Below, piece after piece: positions 36,314-45,593 of a stretch of 58,261 nt of DNA (positions are counted from its first letter, which is position 1; every line of letters begins with the position of its first letter). Under the pieces are notes generated by a model. The model worked only from the letters and a program-made list of their open reading frames with translations. It ran no database searches and was not told where the DNA came from. Source of the stretch: a virus (Duplodnaviria; Caudoviricetes); IMG/VR virus record IMGVR_UViG_3300035701_002605, positions 1-58,261 of that record, one strand, 5' to 3'. Both the position numbers and the translations under genes were made by a program.

Positions 36314-38368
36314 CTAGCCCACGAAGGCCATGCGCCCGCCGCGCTTCAAAGCGTGATAGACAGAGCCGGCCACGGCGTCGGCGACATCCTTGGAGCCGCC
36401 CTTGGGATGGTCGACCTTCTTGCCGTGTACCAGCATGAGGTGCTTGGCTTCGGAGAGTAGGACCGGGTGCGCGTAGTAGGCCAGGCGGTCAGTGTTCAGT
36501 AGCTCCAACAGCGTGTCGTAGCCCTCTGTGTTCCGGTCTAGCGAGAACTCCGCTACCCGGTAGCCCTCGCGTTTGAGGATCTGCCGGCTATCGAGGCTCT
36601 GCCAGCCGTCGTAGGAGACCAGGCCGCCCTTGATGTTGAAGCCCCGATCGCCCCAGTCGCGGATCATCTGGCGCACGGTCTCGAACGAAACCTCGCCCTT
36701 GATCTCCCGCTGCCGGCCAGGGACCAGGCGGTGGATCACGTCGACCACGACCGCGCGGGCGCGCGGGTTGTCGACTAGCTGGCCGTCTTCCAGGTGGGTC
36801 TTATAGTAGGGGCAGCCGCTCACAGGGGCGTGGCTCATGCTGATGCCGGCGGCGTCGCGCTTGGCGCCCAGGTCGATGTGCACGTAGCGCCGGCTATCGC
36901 AGCATGGCTTCCACCAGTCGGCAAGCTGGCCCAGGTCGTCGTAGGGGTGCCGGAGGTCCGGGTCCGCCTGGCGATCCCAGCGGCCGGGATCGGAGAAGAA
37001 GCCCTCCATCGCTAGCGGGGGCTGGGCGCCGAAGTCGCGCCAGAAGGCCATCGGGTTCGCGTCCCGGTGGAACGCCTCGGCTAGCGCGTCCTCGCTCAGG
37101 TTTAGGTTAGCTTCCCAGGTCGGCAACTGGACTCCCAGCATGTCGGGGTGCACCGGCCGGCCGTCCGCGTCTACGGCCGTGGCCTCCTCTAGCAGCCGCA
37201 TGGACTTGTCGCCTTCCCACTCCGGCGACGTTAGGACCAGGACCTTGCCGTTCTCTAGGAAGGTGGCCGTGGTCGCAGACATCTTGTCGTAGACCTCGTC
37301 TGCGTTGTCGCGCCCCTCGGTGTCTTTCATCCGGGCTAGCTCGTCAAGGATCACTAGGTAGGATGTAGAGCCCACCTGGGTTGACGCCTTGGAGTGGCCG
37401 CAGCGAATGAGGATGTTCTTGGGTAGCCGTATCTCTAGGCTGACGATCTCGGCCTGGCCGGCCAGCGCTTGGAACCAGGCGCCGCCCGTCTCTAGCCGAT
37501 CGACGATGTGCTTAAACACGTTATGTTTGGCCTGCTCCTGCGACGTGGCCATCGTCACGATCTGTATCTCCTGGCCGGGTACTAGCCCAAAGTAGGCCTG
37601 GGGGTCGGCCAGGGAGAGCAGTTGGTAGGCGGCATACCAGGCGACGACGCTGCCCACCACGCCCTTACCCGAGCGCATGCCGCAGACCAGGACCAGGACC
37701 CGGTAGGGCGACCGGGGCGACATGAATTCCCTAAGCACCCGCTCCTGCATCGGGTAGGCCTGGGTGACGGTGGGCAGGTTACAGAAGTCCGGCGACACGG
37801 CAAAGGTGAGGGCGTCGACCATGCCGGCGGCGCCGGGGCCGATCGTCGCGCCGGGCGGTAACAGTAGTGGCGGCTGGGCGAACAGAGCCTCGACGGCGTC
37901 GGGCGGCATTCCTAGGGCGAGTAGCTGCTGCTGGAAGTTGATGTTGTATATGGGCTGGTCTACCCGGACGCCCCGCGCACGGGCGATGTCGTCAGCGATC
38001 TTGCTGGCCGCCTGGAAGCACCGGGCCTGCTCGCGGGGGTTAACGCCCTGCTGGCTGGCTAGCATCATCAGGGACATTAGGAGTATCCGCTTCATGTCGA
38101 TGTAGTCCACCACGGCACCGGCGCCGGGCGCATGCGGCCCGTTCATGTCGACCAGGTGCCCGGCCGCCCCGGTCCAAATGACCTTTAGGTCGTTGCGGAT
38201 GATGTCTAGTGGCTTGACCTGGCCCTCTAGTAGCTGGGGCGCCTGCCGGCGGAGAGTGGCCAGGATGTCGTATTCATCGGCGCCCTCTAGGTCTAGGCGC
38301 CGGACGTGGCGCCGGCGCTCTGCGATCGCGTCGGCAGTCTTGCGGAGTAGGGACCGTTTTGCGGGCAT
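36314..38368 (-). CDS. Terminase large subunit with N-terminal small-subunit-like extension
   Basis: Walker A GMRSGKG, Walker B LVILDE, nuclease HIDLG..RD, KVDHPKGGSKDVADA. Confidence 0.92.
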   Translation of the reverse strand: MPAKRSLLRKTADAIAERRRHVRRLDLEGADEYDILATLRRQAPQLLEGQVKPLDIIRNDLKVIWTGAAGHLVDMNGPHAPGAGAVVDYIDMKRILLMSLMMLASQQGVNPREQARCFQAASKIADDIARARGVRVDQPIYNINFQQQLLALGMPPDAVEALFAQPPLLLPPGATIGPGAAGMVDALTFAVSPDFCNLPTVTQAYPMQERVLREFMSPRSPYRVLVLVCGMRSGKGVVGSVVAWYAAYQLLSLADPQAYFGLVPGQEIQIVTMATSQEQAKHNVFKHIVDRLETGGAWFQALAGQAEIVSLEIRLPKNILIRCGHSKASTQVGSTSYLVILDELARMKDTEGRDNADEVYDKMSATTATFLENGKVLVLTSPEWEGDKSMRLLEEATAVDADGRPVHPDMLGVQLPTWEANLNLSEDALAEAFHRDANPMAFWRDFGAQPPLAMEGFFSDPGRWDRQADPDLRHPYDDLGQLADWWKPCCDSRRYVHIDLGAKRDAAGISMSHAPVSGCPYYKTHLEDGQLVDNPRARAVVVDVIHRLVPGRQREIKGEVSFETVRQMIRDWGDRGFNIKGGLVSYDGWQSLDSRQILKREGYRVAEFSLDRNTEGYDTLLELLNTDRLAYYAHPVLLSEAKHLMLVHGKKVDHPKGGSKDVADAVAGSVYHALKRGGRMAFVG

Positions 38369-38390
38369 CGCTAACTCAGTTAGCGCGGAA

Positions 38391-39809
38391 CTACGTTTGC
38401 ATCGCGCGCGCGTACGCGCTCGCGGCCTTCCACCGTGACTCGGCGGCCCAGGGCCATTTGATCACTTCCCAGGGCAGGCGGGCCGCGTCCTCGATGGCCG
38501 GCGCCAGGTCCATGCAGCCCCGGCCGTTCACCCACGACTTGACGAATTCCGGCGGGGCCGAGAGCAGGTCGGACGTATGCTCGGCGACGGTCTTCGGGCC
38601 GCGCGGCCAGATCGAGAACATGTGCCGGCCGGCGCTGTGGCGGGCGACCCAGTCCTTAAACAGGGCGGGCCGCCGGCGTAGCTCTCCGCCAGGGACAAAG
38701 CGGGCCAGGGGCGCCGGCGGGGCGGGCGTAAAAGTGGTGTATTTGACCCGGCAGACGCCGCGCACGATGGCGCGCGAGAGGTCGTAGTAGAAGTCGGCGT
38801 ACTCCTGCCAGTCGGCCTCGGTCTCGAAGGGCGCGCAGGTGATAAAGAACAGGTGGCTATCCAGCTTGTTAGCGTGGACCTCCGCCAGTAGCGCCAACAG
38901 GGCATCGTTGCGGATCGGCTTACCGTAGGCTAGGCGCTGGCGGTAGGACAGCCCCTCCACGCCAATGCGGCAACTGGACGGGCGGGTCCGCATGAGGGCG
39001 GCCCGAGCCGCCGGCGACTTCAGCGCCCGGAAGGTGAAGCTTTGGGCGCCAAGCTTTATGTCGATGTCCGGGAACCACGGCAGCGCCGCCGGGTCGTTAC
39101 TGACCAGCCGCACGCGCTCGCCCCGATCCTTTAGCTGGCGGAGTAGCCGGACCGCGTAGGCGCCGTCCTCTCGGTACTGGTAGCGCTGCTCCCACGAGGT
39201 AGCACAGAACAGGCACTTGTTCGGGCAGCCCTTCCCGGCCATGACCTGGACGACCTTATCGTCGGACCGGATGGGCGGCACGGACCAGTCGATCCGCGCG
39301 TCGGGCTCCGCTATAGGGCCGGCGCTGCCAGGCGCCAGGAGCCAGGGCCGGGCATGATCCCGACGGTAGCCGGCAAGCTGCGAGCGCTCTAGGGCGTGGG
39401 GGTAGCCGACGATCCACTCCCGCACCTTCTCTACGCCGGCCCGGCTCTTGACCAGCGACAGTAGCTCGCGGATGAAGGCGTAGCCCTCACCGATGGCGAC
39501 TGCGTTGCATATCTCCATCACGGTAAAGGGGGCCGACGCGATGGCGCCGCCGGCGATAACGTAGGGGCCGGCGCGCTTGCTGGCGTCGGGCTCGATCCCG
39601 TAGCGCCGTAGCTCCCGGCGCACGGCCTGGGTGAAGTTGATCGCGCCGGCGTGGGCAACCAGGATGATGTCAGCGCTGCGGGGGTCCGTTAGCCGAACGC
39701 CGGCCTGCTTGGCCTCGTATTCCAGCCAGTAGCCGACGATGGAAGCCACATAGTCGGCCCGGTAGGCGCCCGACGTGCGCTCGTTGGCGTCAACCAGGGC
39801 TACTCTCAC
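38391..39809 (-). CDS. Radical SAM protein with B12-binding-like N-terminal domain
   Basis: KGCPNKCLFC (CxxxCxxC), VIAGG, AIGEG, IGVEG.S. Confidence 0.85.
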   Translation of the reverse strand: MRVALVDANERTSGAYRADYVASIVGYWLEYEAKQAGVRLTDPRSADIILVAHAGAINFTQAVRRELRRYGIEPDASKRAGPYVIAGGAIASAPFTVMEICNAVAIGEGYAFIRELLSLVKSRAGVEKVREWIVGYPHALERSQLAGYRRDHARPWLLAPGSAGPIAEPDARIDWSVPPIRSDDKVVQVMAGKGCPNKCLFCATSWEQRYQYREDGAYAVRLLRQLKDRGERVRLVSNDPAALPWFPDIDIKLGAQSFTFRALKSPAARAALMRTRPSSCRIGVEGLSYRQRLAYGKPIRNDALLALLAEVHANKLDSHLFFITCAPFETEADWQEYADFYYDLSRAIVRGVCRVKYTTFTPAPPAPLARFVPGGELRRRPALFKDWVARHSAGRHMFSIWPRGPKTVAEHTSDLLSAPPEFVKSWVNGRGCMDLAPAIEDAARLPWEVIKWPWAAESRWKAASAYARAMQT

Positions 39810-40480
39810 ACCGGCGCCTCTACCGGCGGGGCGCCGACCGCGTCAAGTCCGGCCGTCAGGACCGCGACCATGGCGGCGCGGTCGTCTTCGGGGTACTCGT
39901 TACGCGCCCACTCTAGTAGCCGGTGGTAGACATCCGCCGGCAGGGCCACCATGATCTCGCCGATCTCTAGGCGCGTATATTCGCCGGTGCCACGGTTGAA
40001 GGCGTTAAAGTTGTCGTTCTCGCGGGCGGCCGCGTGGACGGGCGCCCCTGCGACGCCGCCGGCGTAAAGCTGAAGCTCGGCCCCGGTAAAGCCCGTCAGG
40101 CTCAGGTCGGCGCCCTCTAGCCGTAGCCTATCCTGGACCAGGGCCAGCTTAGTTTCATCCCAGCGGCCCATGATCCGGTTAAGGGCCTGGTTTAACAGGG
40201 TGGCGTCCTGGACGGAGATGTCGATGTCCAGGACCGGCACCTCTGTTAGCCCTAGCTCGATCGCGGCGGCGATCCGCTGGTGACCGGCGATCACTTCGCC
40301 ATCCTCCCGACGCAGTATGATGGGGTCGACAAAGCCCCACTTTGTCAGGGACCGCTTCAGCGCCGCCATCTCCTCCGGGGGCATCCAGCGGGGGTTTAGC
40401 TCGTTTAGCTTTAGGGTGCGCGGGTCCGCGTACCGGATCTGCAACGGCTCGCTGGCCACTACGGGGCTCTCTTTTGCCAT
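39806..40480 (-). CDS. ParB/Srx N-terminal domain protein
   Basis: NPR, SLTKWGFVDPII, VIAGHQRI.AA. Confidence 0.88.
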   Translation of the reverse strand: MAKESPVVASEPLQIRYADPRTLKLNELNPRWMPPEEMAALKRSLTKWGFVDPIILRREDGEVIAGHQRIAAAIELGLTEVPVLDIDISVQDATLLNQALNRIMGRWDETKLALVQDRLRLEGADLSLTGFTGAELQLYAGGVAGAPVHAAARENDNFNAFNRGTGEYTRLEIGEIMVALPADVYHRLLEWARNEYPEDDRAAMVAVLTAGLDAVGAPPVEAPV

Positions 40481-40944
40481 CGCGCCAACTCCCTTGTGGT
40501 ACTCCAAGCGCCGTGCCGGGGTAGCTCTAGCATGCCAAGGCCCAGCCGACGCGCCGCCTGTAGCTCCTCTATCGGGCCGCCGGCCCGGAACATGTAGAGG
40601 TCTGGGTGAATGGCCGCTAGCACCATCTCTAGCGGCTGGTGGCGGTCTAGTTGCACGACGGCGAAGACACCCCGCACGGCAGCGACCATGAAGGCCCGCT
40701 CGGGCCAGGGCCGTAGGGGGCGGCTGGCGCCCTTCGCCAGGACCACCTGCTCGTCGCCGTCGATCGCCACCACCAGGGCGTTACAGTGTTCGCCGGCCTC
40801 ACGGAGAAACAGAACGTGGCCGGGATGGAGAACGTCGAAACAGCCGTTGACCAGGCCCACTATCCTGCCACCTGGCCTGGTCTGGAAGGCCCGGCAGCGA
40901 TCGGCTACCTCCTCTAGGCTCTCTGGGGACCAGACGGCAACCAC
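40459..40944 (-). CDS. hldC: Heptose-1-phosphate nucleotidyltransferase (HldE domain II / HldC-like)
   Basis: NGCFDVLHPGHV.FL, KG.SRP, STT motif. Confidence 0.85.
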   Translation of the reverse strand: MVAVWSPESLEEVADRCRAFQTRPGGRIVGLVNGCFDVLHPGHVLFLREAGEHCNALVVAIDGDEQVVLAKGASRPLRPWPERAFMVAAVRGVFAVVQLDRHQPLEMVLAAIHPDLYMFRAGGPIEELQAARRLGLGMLELPRHGAWSTTRELARWQKRAP

Positions 40945-41816
40945 TTCGCTATCTCCTGCGGCCCCACGGCCACATTATAGGCCGGCGCCCGCACCCGCAG
41001 CCCGGCCGCTACGTTGGCGACCTCGGCGGCCTCGAACATAGCCTCGGCCGCGTAGCGGCCGGCGCTCTCGTAGGCGCCGCCCACGTATGCTGCCAGAGTG
41101 GCGGTGAACACGTCGCCGGCGCCGCTCACGTTCTGGACCGGCCCCGGTACATCGGCCGCCGGGTGCTGCTCGACCCGGCCGGCGGTCGCCACGGCGTAGC
41201 CGGCGGCTCCCCTCGTTACTACGGCCGCCGGCACATCGGCCGCCCATCGCACCCAGTCGAAGTCTACCCGGACCGGCACGGGCCGGGGTAAGCCGGCGTC
41301 GGCCACGTTGACCTTCAGCACATCGAAGCCGTGCCAGCCCTTGATGCTGGCCCGCGCGTCGACTAGCCGGGGGCAGACCCGCCCAACGAGGAACGGCGCC
41401 AGTACCGCCGGCGGGCCGGCTAGCCCACGGTAGTCGACATAGACGATCGCGGCGAAGGTCTGGCCGGCGATGGCCGCCAGGTTTTGGCGTACCGGCGTTA
41501 GTCGGCGGACCCGCCAGGGGTAGTCTAGGCGGAAGACCTCGGCCTCGGGCGCCCCGGCCAGGACCCGAAGCTTTACGCACGTCGCAAGCTCGACCTCGAC
41601 CGCCCGCACTCCGTAGGCGCGTAGTTGCCGCGCGACGTTACCGGCGCCGCCGGCCCGGTCCTCGATCCCCCCAAACGAAAACACGGGCAGCGGCCGCTCC
41701 CGCGAAACGCGGGAAGCCGCTGCCCGGATGAAACGATCCTGACAGAAGTCGCCGATCACTAGAACCGGCGACTTCGGCGCCCAGGGCGGGCGGTCAGCCC
41801 CCGCCCCCTCGCTCAC
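40914..41816 (-). CDS. hldA: Heptose-7-phosphate kinase (HldE domain I / HldA-like, PfkB family)
   Basis: VLVIGD...D, RVSRE.P.PV, GGAGNVA, VTRGAAG, NVSGAGDVF. Confidence 0.8.
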   Translation of the reverse strand: MSEGAGADRPPWAPKSPVLVIGDFCQDRFIRAAASRVSRERPLPVFSFGGIEDRAGGAGNVARQLRAYGVRAVEVELATCVKLRVLAGAPEAEVFRLDYPWRVRRLTPVRQNLAAIAGQTFAAIVYVDYRGLAGPPAVLAPFLVGRVCPRLVDARASIKGWHGFDVLKVNVADAGLPRPVPVRVDFDWVRWAADVPAAVVTRGAAGYAVATAGRVEQHPAADVPGPVQNVSGAGDVFTATLAAYVGGAYESAGRYAAEAMFEAAEVANVAAGLRVRAPAYNVAVGPQEIAKWLPSGPQRA

Positions 41817-42059
41817 CTACGCCGCCCTGGACCTCTCCCTGTACGCTCGGCGCTGCCGCGCCCGCCGTCGGTAGCAGGTGCGGAGATGTTGGAGCGCCAG
41901 GTATAGGACGCGGTCGTGCCGGATGGGCTGCGCCCCGCGCTCCCACCGGCTGATCGCCTGCCAGCTAACGCCCAGGACCCGGACCATGTCAGGCTGGGTT
42001 AGTCCAAACTCGGCCCGGAAGGCCCGGAGCATCGCCGGCGTTGCCACTTTGTTGCTCAT
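41817..42059 (-). CDS. XRE-family HTH transcriptional regulator
   Basis: LRAFRAEFGLTQ..M..VLGVSWQAISRWERG. Confidence 0.92.
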   Translation of the reverse strand: MSNKVATPAMLRAFRAEFGLTQPDMVRVLGVSWQAISRWERGAQPIRHDRVLYLALQHLRTCYRRRARQRRAYRERSRAA

Positions 42060-42074
42060 GTTTCCTCCGCCGCC

Positions 42075-42104
42075 ATCCTACCGCTACGGCTAGCCGCGTG
42101 TCAA
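42075..42104 (-). promoter_or_regulatory. Sigma70 promoter with operator-like palindrome upstream of the XRE gene
   Basis: TTGACA-N18-TAGGAT; CTAGCCGTAGCGGTAG. Confidence 0.75.
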
Positions 42105-42329
42105 GGTGTGGCGGCCGGACCATAGGCGCCGCCCGCCGCCAGCCCCCGGCCGGCTGATCATCAGGTAGCACCGACGGGTCGTACGACGCTCGGTCTTGAC
42201 GGCGCCGCAGTCGCAGCCGTAGTGGGCCAGCTTGGGGCTCGCCCACACGCGCCGCGCCCGGCGGTTCCCCTTATCCCACGCCGGCGCGATGGGGCAGGCC
42301 GGCGCCCAGGCGTGTCGGTGGGCCATCAC
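42090..42329 (-). CDS. Hypothetical protein
   Basis: GTGA overlap with the upstream gene. Confidence 0.45.
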   Translation of the reverse strand: MMAHRHAWAPACPIAPAWDKGNRRARRVWASPKLAHYGCDCGAVKTERRTTRRCYLMISRPGAGGGRRLWSGRHTLTRG

Positions 42330-42523
42330 GTAACCTCGACGTATTCCATCACTAGGCGCAGGACCTCGTCGTAGCTGTGAGCCGCGCGGGCGCGCTCGGT
42401 AAACTCGGCGGCTTCTTTACGCTGGCCGGCCCCTTCGAGGGAGCGCCGGACCCGGCCCATGATAAGGAAGACGTTGCCGTCCTCGCCGATCAACTGGCAC
42501 TCCGGCTTCTCGTGGTCTTCCAT
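42326..42523 (-). CDS. Conserved small phage/mobile-element protein
   Basis: LIGEDGNVF.IMGRV..SL...G...SYDE pattern. Confidence 0.7.
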   Translation of the reverse strand: MEDHEKPECQLIGEDGNVFLIMGRVRRSLEGAGQRKEAAEFTERARAAHSYDEVLRLVMEYVEVT

Positions 42524-43110
42524 TATCCCCAACTCCTCTCCCACGGTTCCAGGTAGGCCATGCCCAGGGCGGCGTAGACTTCTACCTCGGTGGCGCCGGC
42601 GATCCGGGTCTGGGCGGAGTTGTCGGTAAATAGACCGTACTGGCTCAGGACCATACCGTGCCGCCGCGCCATCTGCCGCTGCCGGATGTTAAGCTGCGGG
42701 CTACCCGTTGCGAACATGATGGAGGCGCCCCAGGACTCCTCTGGCACTAGCCAGAGGTCCACCTGGACTCCCTCGACTCTAACGCTGGCTAGCTTCTTGC
42801 CGGCCCGGATGGGCTCGCCCATGCTGACCAGCGTTGCCATGGCGGACTCGGCCGCCGTATCGTCGTGGGCCACGGCCACGATGTCGCAGTCGTGTACCAT
42901 CTCGATCCCCCGGCGGATGGAGCCGCAGATCAGGGCATGCGTCAGGTTCTCCTTGATGGCGTCGATAACCCGCAGCCCTACGATCTCGGCCTCCTCCCGT
43001 GGCACCTTGGGGGCCGCCGCCTTCGCGGCGGCCTGCGCCTGCCGGCGCCCAATGGCTTCCTCTGCCTTCATCTCCTCCTCGCTGGGGCAAGCCCCCTGCT
43101 CTACGTTCAT
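42523..43110 (-). CDS. Minimal DNA polymerase X (palm + thumb only)
   Basis: GSIRRG, DCDIV, VQVDL, FATGS..LNI..R, LSQYGLF, EVYAALG..YLEP.ER. Confidence 0.9.
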   Translation of the reverse strand: MNVEQGACPSEEEMKAEEAIGRRQAQAAAKAAAPKVPREEAEIVGLRVIDAIKENLTHALICGSIRRGIEMVHDCDIVAVAHDDTAAESAMATLVSMGEPIRAGKKLASVRVEGVQVDLWLVPEESWGASIMFATGSPQLNIRQRQMARRHGMVLSQYGLFTDNSAQTRIAGATEVEVYAALGMAYLEPWERSWG

Positions 43111-43216
43111 GGTCCCTCCTTCGGGTAGGGGCTAGGCGGTAGACTAACCGGCGCCTACGCTATAGCGGCCGATGGCCTTCTCGGCGCACTTACCGCTACC
43201 GCTGTCGCCCCCGTCC

Positions 43217-43245
43217 ATACTAGCCGCTACGGCTAGGCTTGTCAA
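43217..43245 (-). promoter_or_regulatory. Sigma70 promoter with perfect operator-like palindrome
   Basis: TTGACA-N17-TAGTAT; palindrome 43220-43236. Confidence 0.85.
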
Positions 43246-43359
43246 CTTTGCCGGTCCGGTTCCGGCGCCGGCCCCCAGGCTGGCGGTACTGGGCCAGCGG
43301 CATACGCCGCCAGGGCTTTTCCCGGTGAGTCCAGCCCAGGGGCGGGGGCCGGAGCCCCC

Positions 43360-43599
43360 CTACGGCCGGGCAGCGTACCGTGGCGGCACGCCGTCGGTCC
43401 CGGTGCCTTGGACTAGGAAGCCGACCCGTGGCGGGCCGTTCAGGTAGGCGTCCTGGGTCGCTTCCAAGTGGGTTAGTAGCCGGCGCTGGCCCGGCGCGAA
43501 GAAACCTTGCTGCGCCCGGACGTACCGGAGGTTGGCGATCACCATCGCCAACTGGTGTTCGGTCAACTCTACTTTCATGTAGCTCTTGGGGTATTCCAT
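43360..43599 (-). CDS. Hypothetical protein
   Basis: RBS and operon order. Confidence 0.6.
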   Translation of the reverse strand: MEYPKSYMKVELTEHQLAMVIANLRYVRAQQGFFAPGQRRLLTHLEATQDAYLNGPPRVGFLVQGTGTDGVPPRYAARP

Positions 43600-43609
43600 C
43601 GCGCTCTCC

Positions 43610-43840
43610 CTAGGGCGCCGGCCGCGCCGGCGCCCCGTCTATCGCCGCCAGGATGGCCCGGTCGGCGGCGCTCTGATACTCCGGGCCGTAGGGCACCCAT
43701 CCGACCGCCGCGCCCCCTGGTAGGCAGAGGGCCAGCCTAGGGTTAGTCCGCGAGGTCGGCCGGAATGGGTGCATCGTGATCGGCCCCCGGTGAAGCTGGC
43801 CGCGCCCGGCCAGCTTCAATAGCGTTGCCTTCGATGCCAT
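43610..43840 (-). CDS. Hypothetical protein
   Basis: GGGAGG RBS. Confidence 0.55.
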   Translation of the reverse strand: MASKATLLKLAGRGQLHRGPITMHPFRPTSRTNPRLALCLPGGAAVGWVPYGPEYQSAADRAILAAIDGAPARPAP

Positions 43841-43852
43841 AGGCGCCTCCCT

Positions 43853-44899
43853 CTACACCGTCGGCTGGACTGTCTTCGCCTTGACCGCCACCATGGCGGC
43901 CTCGCGGTCGCGCTTGATCTCCTGGTAGATACCCGTAAGGCTCATTAGGATCTGCGCGGCCTCGGTCTTGACCCGCGCGTCGGCGCCTAGCAAGACGCTG
44001 TTCATCTTGCGGCTGTCGGCGTGCTCGTCGCGCTTGGCGTGGCGCAGGCGGTGGTCTACATAGGCGGTCACTCCGTTAAGGACCGCCCATGCGCTGCCGT
44101 CGCCGGCCTGGCGCTTCAGGGTCTCGTCCAGGTCCGCCTTCCGCTGCTCGTACAGGGTCTTAGCTAGCGGCGTGGCATCCTTGGCCGGCTCGGGGAATAG
44201 GCGGTTGAGAAGCTGCTTGATGTGGGGCAGCCCGTCGCGGGCGGCCAGCCCTTCCGCCATCTTGGAGAAGGCCGCGATCTCTACGCTGCTAATGCCCAGG
44301 ACCCGCCGGGCCTCGGCTAGCCGGGTCTCCAACTTCCCCACGTGGTAGATACGGACCGGGATAACGCCGGCCGCCCGGTCGATGGCGGCGTTAAGCGTGT
44401 TGTTACACACTACCCGGACCGTGGTGGGCAGAACGCTCAGGGCTGTGTGGCCGTCGTGGCCGTTGAAGACCAGGATGTAGGGGTAGACCTTGTCGCCCGG
44501 CCCCACCGTGATCTCCTCTGGCACCCTGACTAGCTCCCACACCTTGGCGCCCCCGTAGAGGGCGCCGGCGGTGTCGCGCTTCAGGCTGCCGGCCGCCACG
44601 AGATCGTCCACGAAGTCGCCGATCTCGGCGTTCTGGAATGGGGTCCAGCGGTTACTCGTTATCGCGAAGACCTTGCCGTCCGATAGCCGGGTGACCGCTT
44701 TGTAGCCGGCGATAACGTCGCCCGCGTCGGTCCTAACCGGCTGCATACCGACCTCCCAGTCGGTCCCTGCCAGCTTCCGCGCGTCGGCGCCCGTGGGCGC
44801 CTCGGCCACCGACACCCCCAGCTTGTGCCATGGGGTCTGCCAGTCGGTGTAGAACATGCTGGCCTTGCCGTCTGCCTTGATCTCCAATTGGTGGGCCAT
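43853..44899 (-). CDS. DUF932-domain phage/plasmid protein
   Basis: MAH, PWHKLG, FQN.E, TAGAL.GG..VW, NGHDG, RVVCNNTL, AW...NGVTAYVDH. Confidence 0.92.
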   Translation of the reverse strand: MAHQLEIKADGKASMFYTDWQTPWHKLGVSVAEAPTGADARKLAGTDWEVGMQPVRTDAGDVIAGYKAVTRLSDGKVFAITSNRWTPFQNAEIGDFVDDLVAAGSLKRDTAGALYGGAKVWELVRVPEEITVGPGDKVYPYILVFNGHDGHTALSVLPTTVRVVCNNTLNAAIDRAAGVIPVRIYHVGKLETRLAEARRVLGISSVEIAAFSKMAEGLAARDGLPHIKQLLNRLFPEPAKDATPLAKTLYEQRKADLDETLKRQAGDGSAWAVLNGVTAYVDHRLRHAKRDEHADSRKMNSVLLGADARVKTEAAQILMSLTGIYQEIKRDREAAMVAVKAKTVQPTV

Positions 44900-44967
44900 T
44901 TCCTTTTCCTCCTGCCCTAACGTCCCAGCCCGTCCGGTGACGGGCTCGGGCCTAGGGGCAGGAGCCC

Positions 44968-45138
44968 CTAGCCTCTGATCCTGACGGTGTAGCCGGCGTC
45001 GATAAGGTCTTGGACCTCGCTCTCGGCCAGTACATCGCCCACCTTCACGGTCTGGGTGTTGACCGTGCTCTTGACGGTGTAGCCAACCGTCGGCCGGTAG
45101 ACCAGGTTTACCGTCTTGCCCTTGCCGTGCAGCTTCAT
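44968..45138 (-). CDS. 56-aa hypothetical protein (not in the ORF track)
   Basis: AGGAGG RBS; MKLHGKGKTVNLVYRP... Confidence 0.6.
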   Translation of the reverse strand: MKLHGKGKTVNLVYRPTVGYTVKSTVNTQTVKVGDVLAESEVQDLIDAGYTVRIRG

Positions 45139-45147
45139 CGTGTCCTC

Positions 45148-45360
45148 CTACATCGCCCGGTGGCGCGGCCCCAGGCCTGCGTCGCCGTAGTCGTTAACGT
45201 GGTAGAGGGCGCACCCGCCATGCCGGCGGACCGTTAGCCGGGCCACGATCCCGGCGTTCTCCATGGCCTTCGCCGTAGGCTCTCGGAAGTCCTCGCGGGC
45301 CTGGCGCTTGACCACTACCCACTGCTCGCCGTCCAGGTCTACGGTGCCGATCGCCTGCAT
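45148..45360 (-). CDS. Hypothetical protein
   Basis: Start MQAIG just after the upstream stop. Confidence 0.55.
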   Translation of the reverse strand: MQAIGTVDLDGEQWVVVKRQAREDFREPTAKAMENAGIVARLTVRRHGGCALYHVNDYGDAGLGPRHRAM

Positions 45361-45362
45361 CG

Positions 45363-45593
45363 CTAGACCTCTCCACCGGCCCGGAAGATGGCGCGGTCGA
45401 TCGCGGCCGTTAGGCGCCACATCCGGTCTAGCGGCCCGTTCGGCCGCATAAAGTCAAGCTGGGGCTCGCCGGCCTGGGCGGCCCACTTCTCGACTACCGC
45501 GTTGCGCTTCGCCCGTAGCTGGGCGATAAGGCGCCGGCGCCGGTAGGCGGCGCCAAGCTCCCGCTGGGCCTGGGTCACTCCCTGGGCATCCAT
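45363..45593 (-). CDS. Hypothetical protein
   Basis: RBS and operon order. Confidence 0.55.
   Translation of the reverse strand: MDAQGVTQAQRELGAAYRRRRLIAQLRAKRNAVVEKWAAQAGEPQLDFMRPNGPLDRMWRLTAAIDRAIFRAGGEV

Noticed and set aside
39806-40480. ParABS plasmid-prophage partition system
   Set aside because: No ParA ATPase recognised, and the context next to terminase fits the phage ParB-like/modification-associated type
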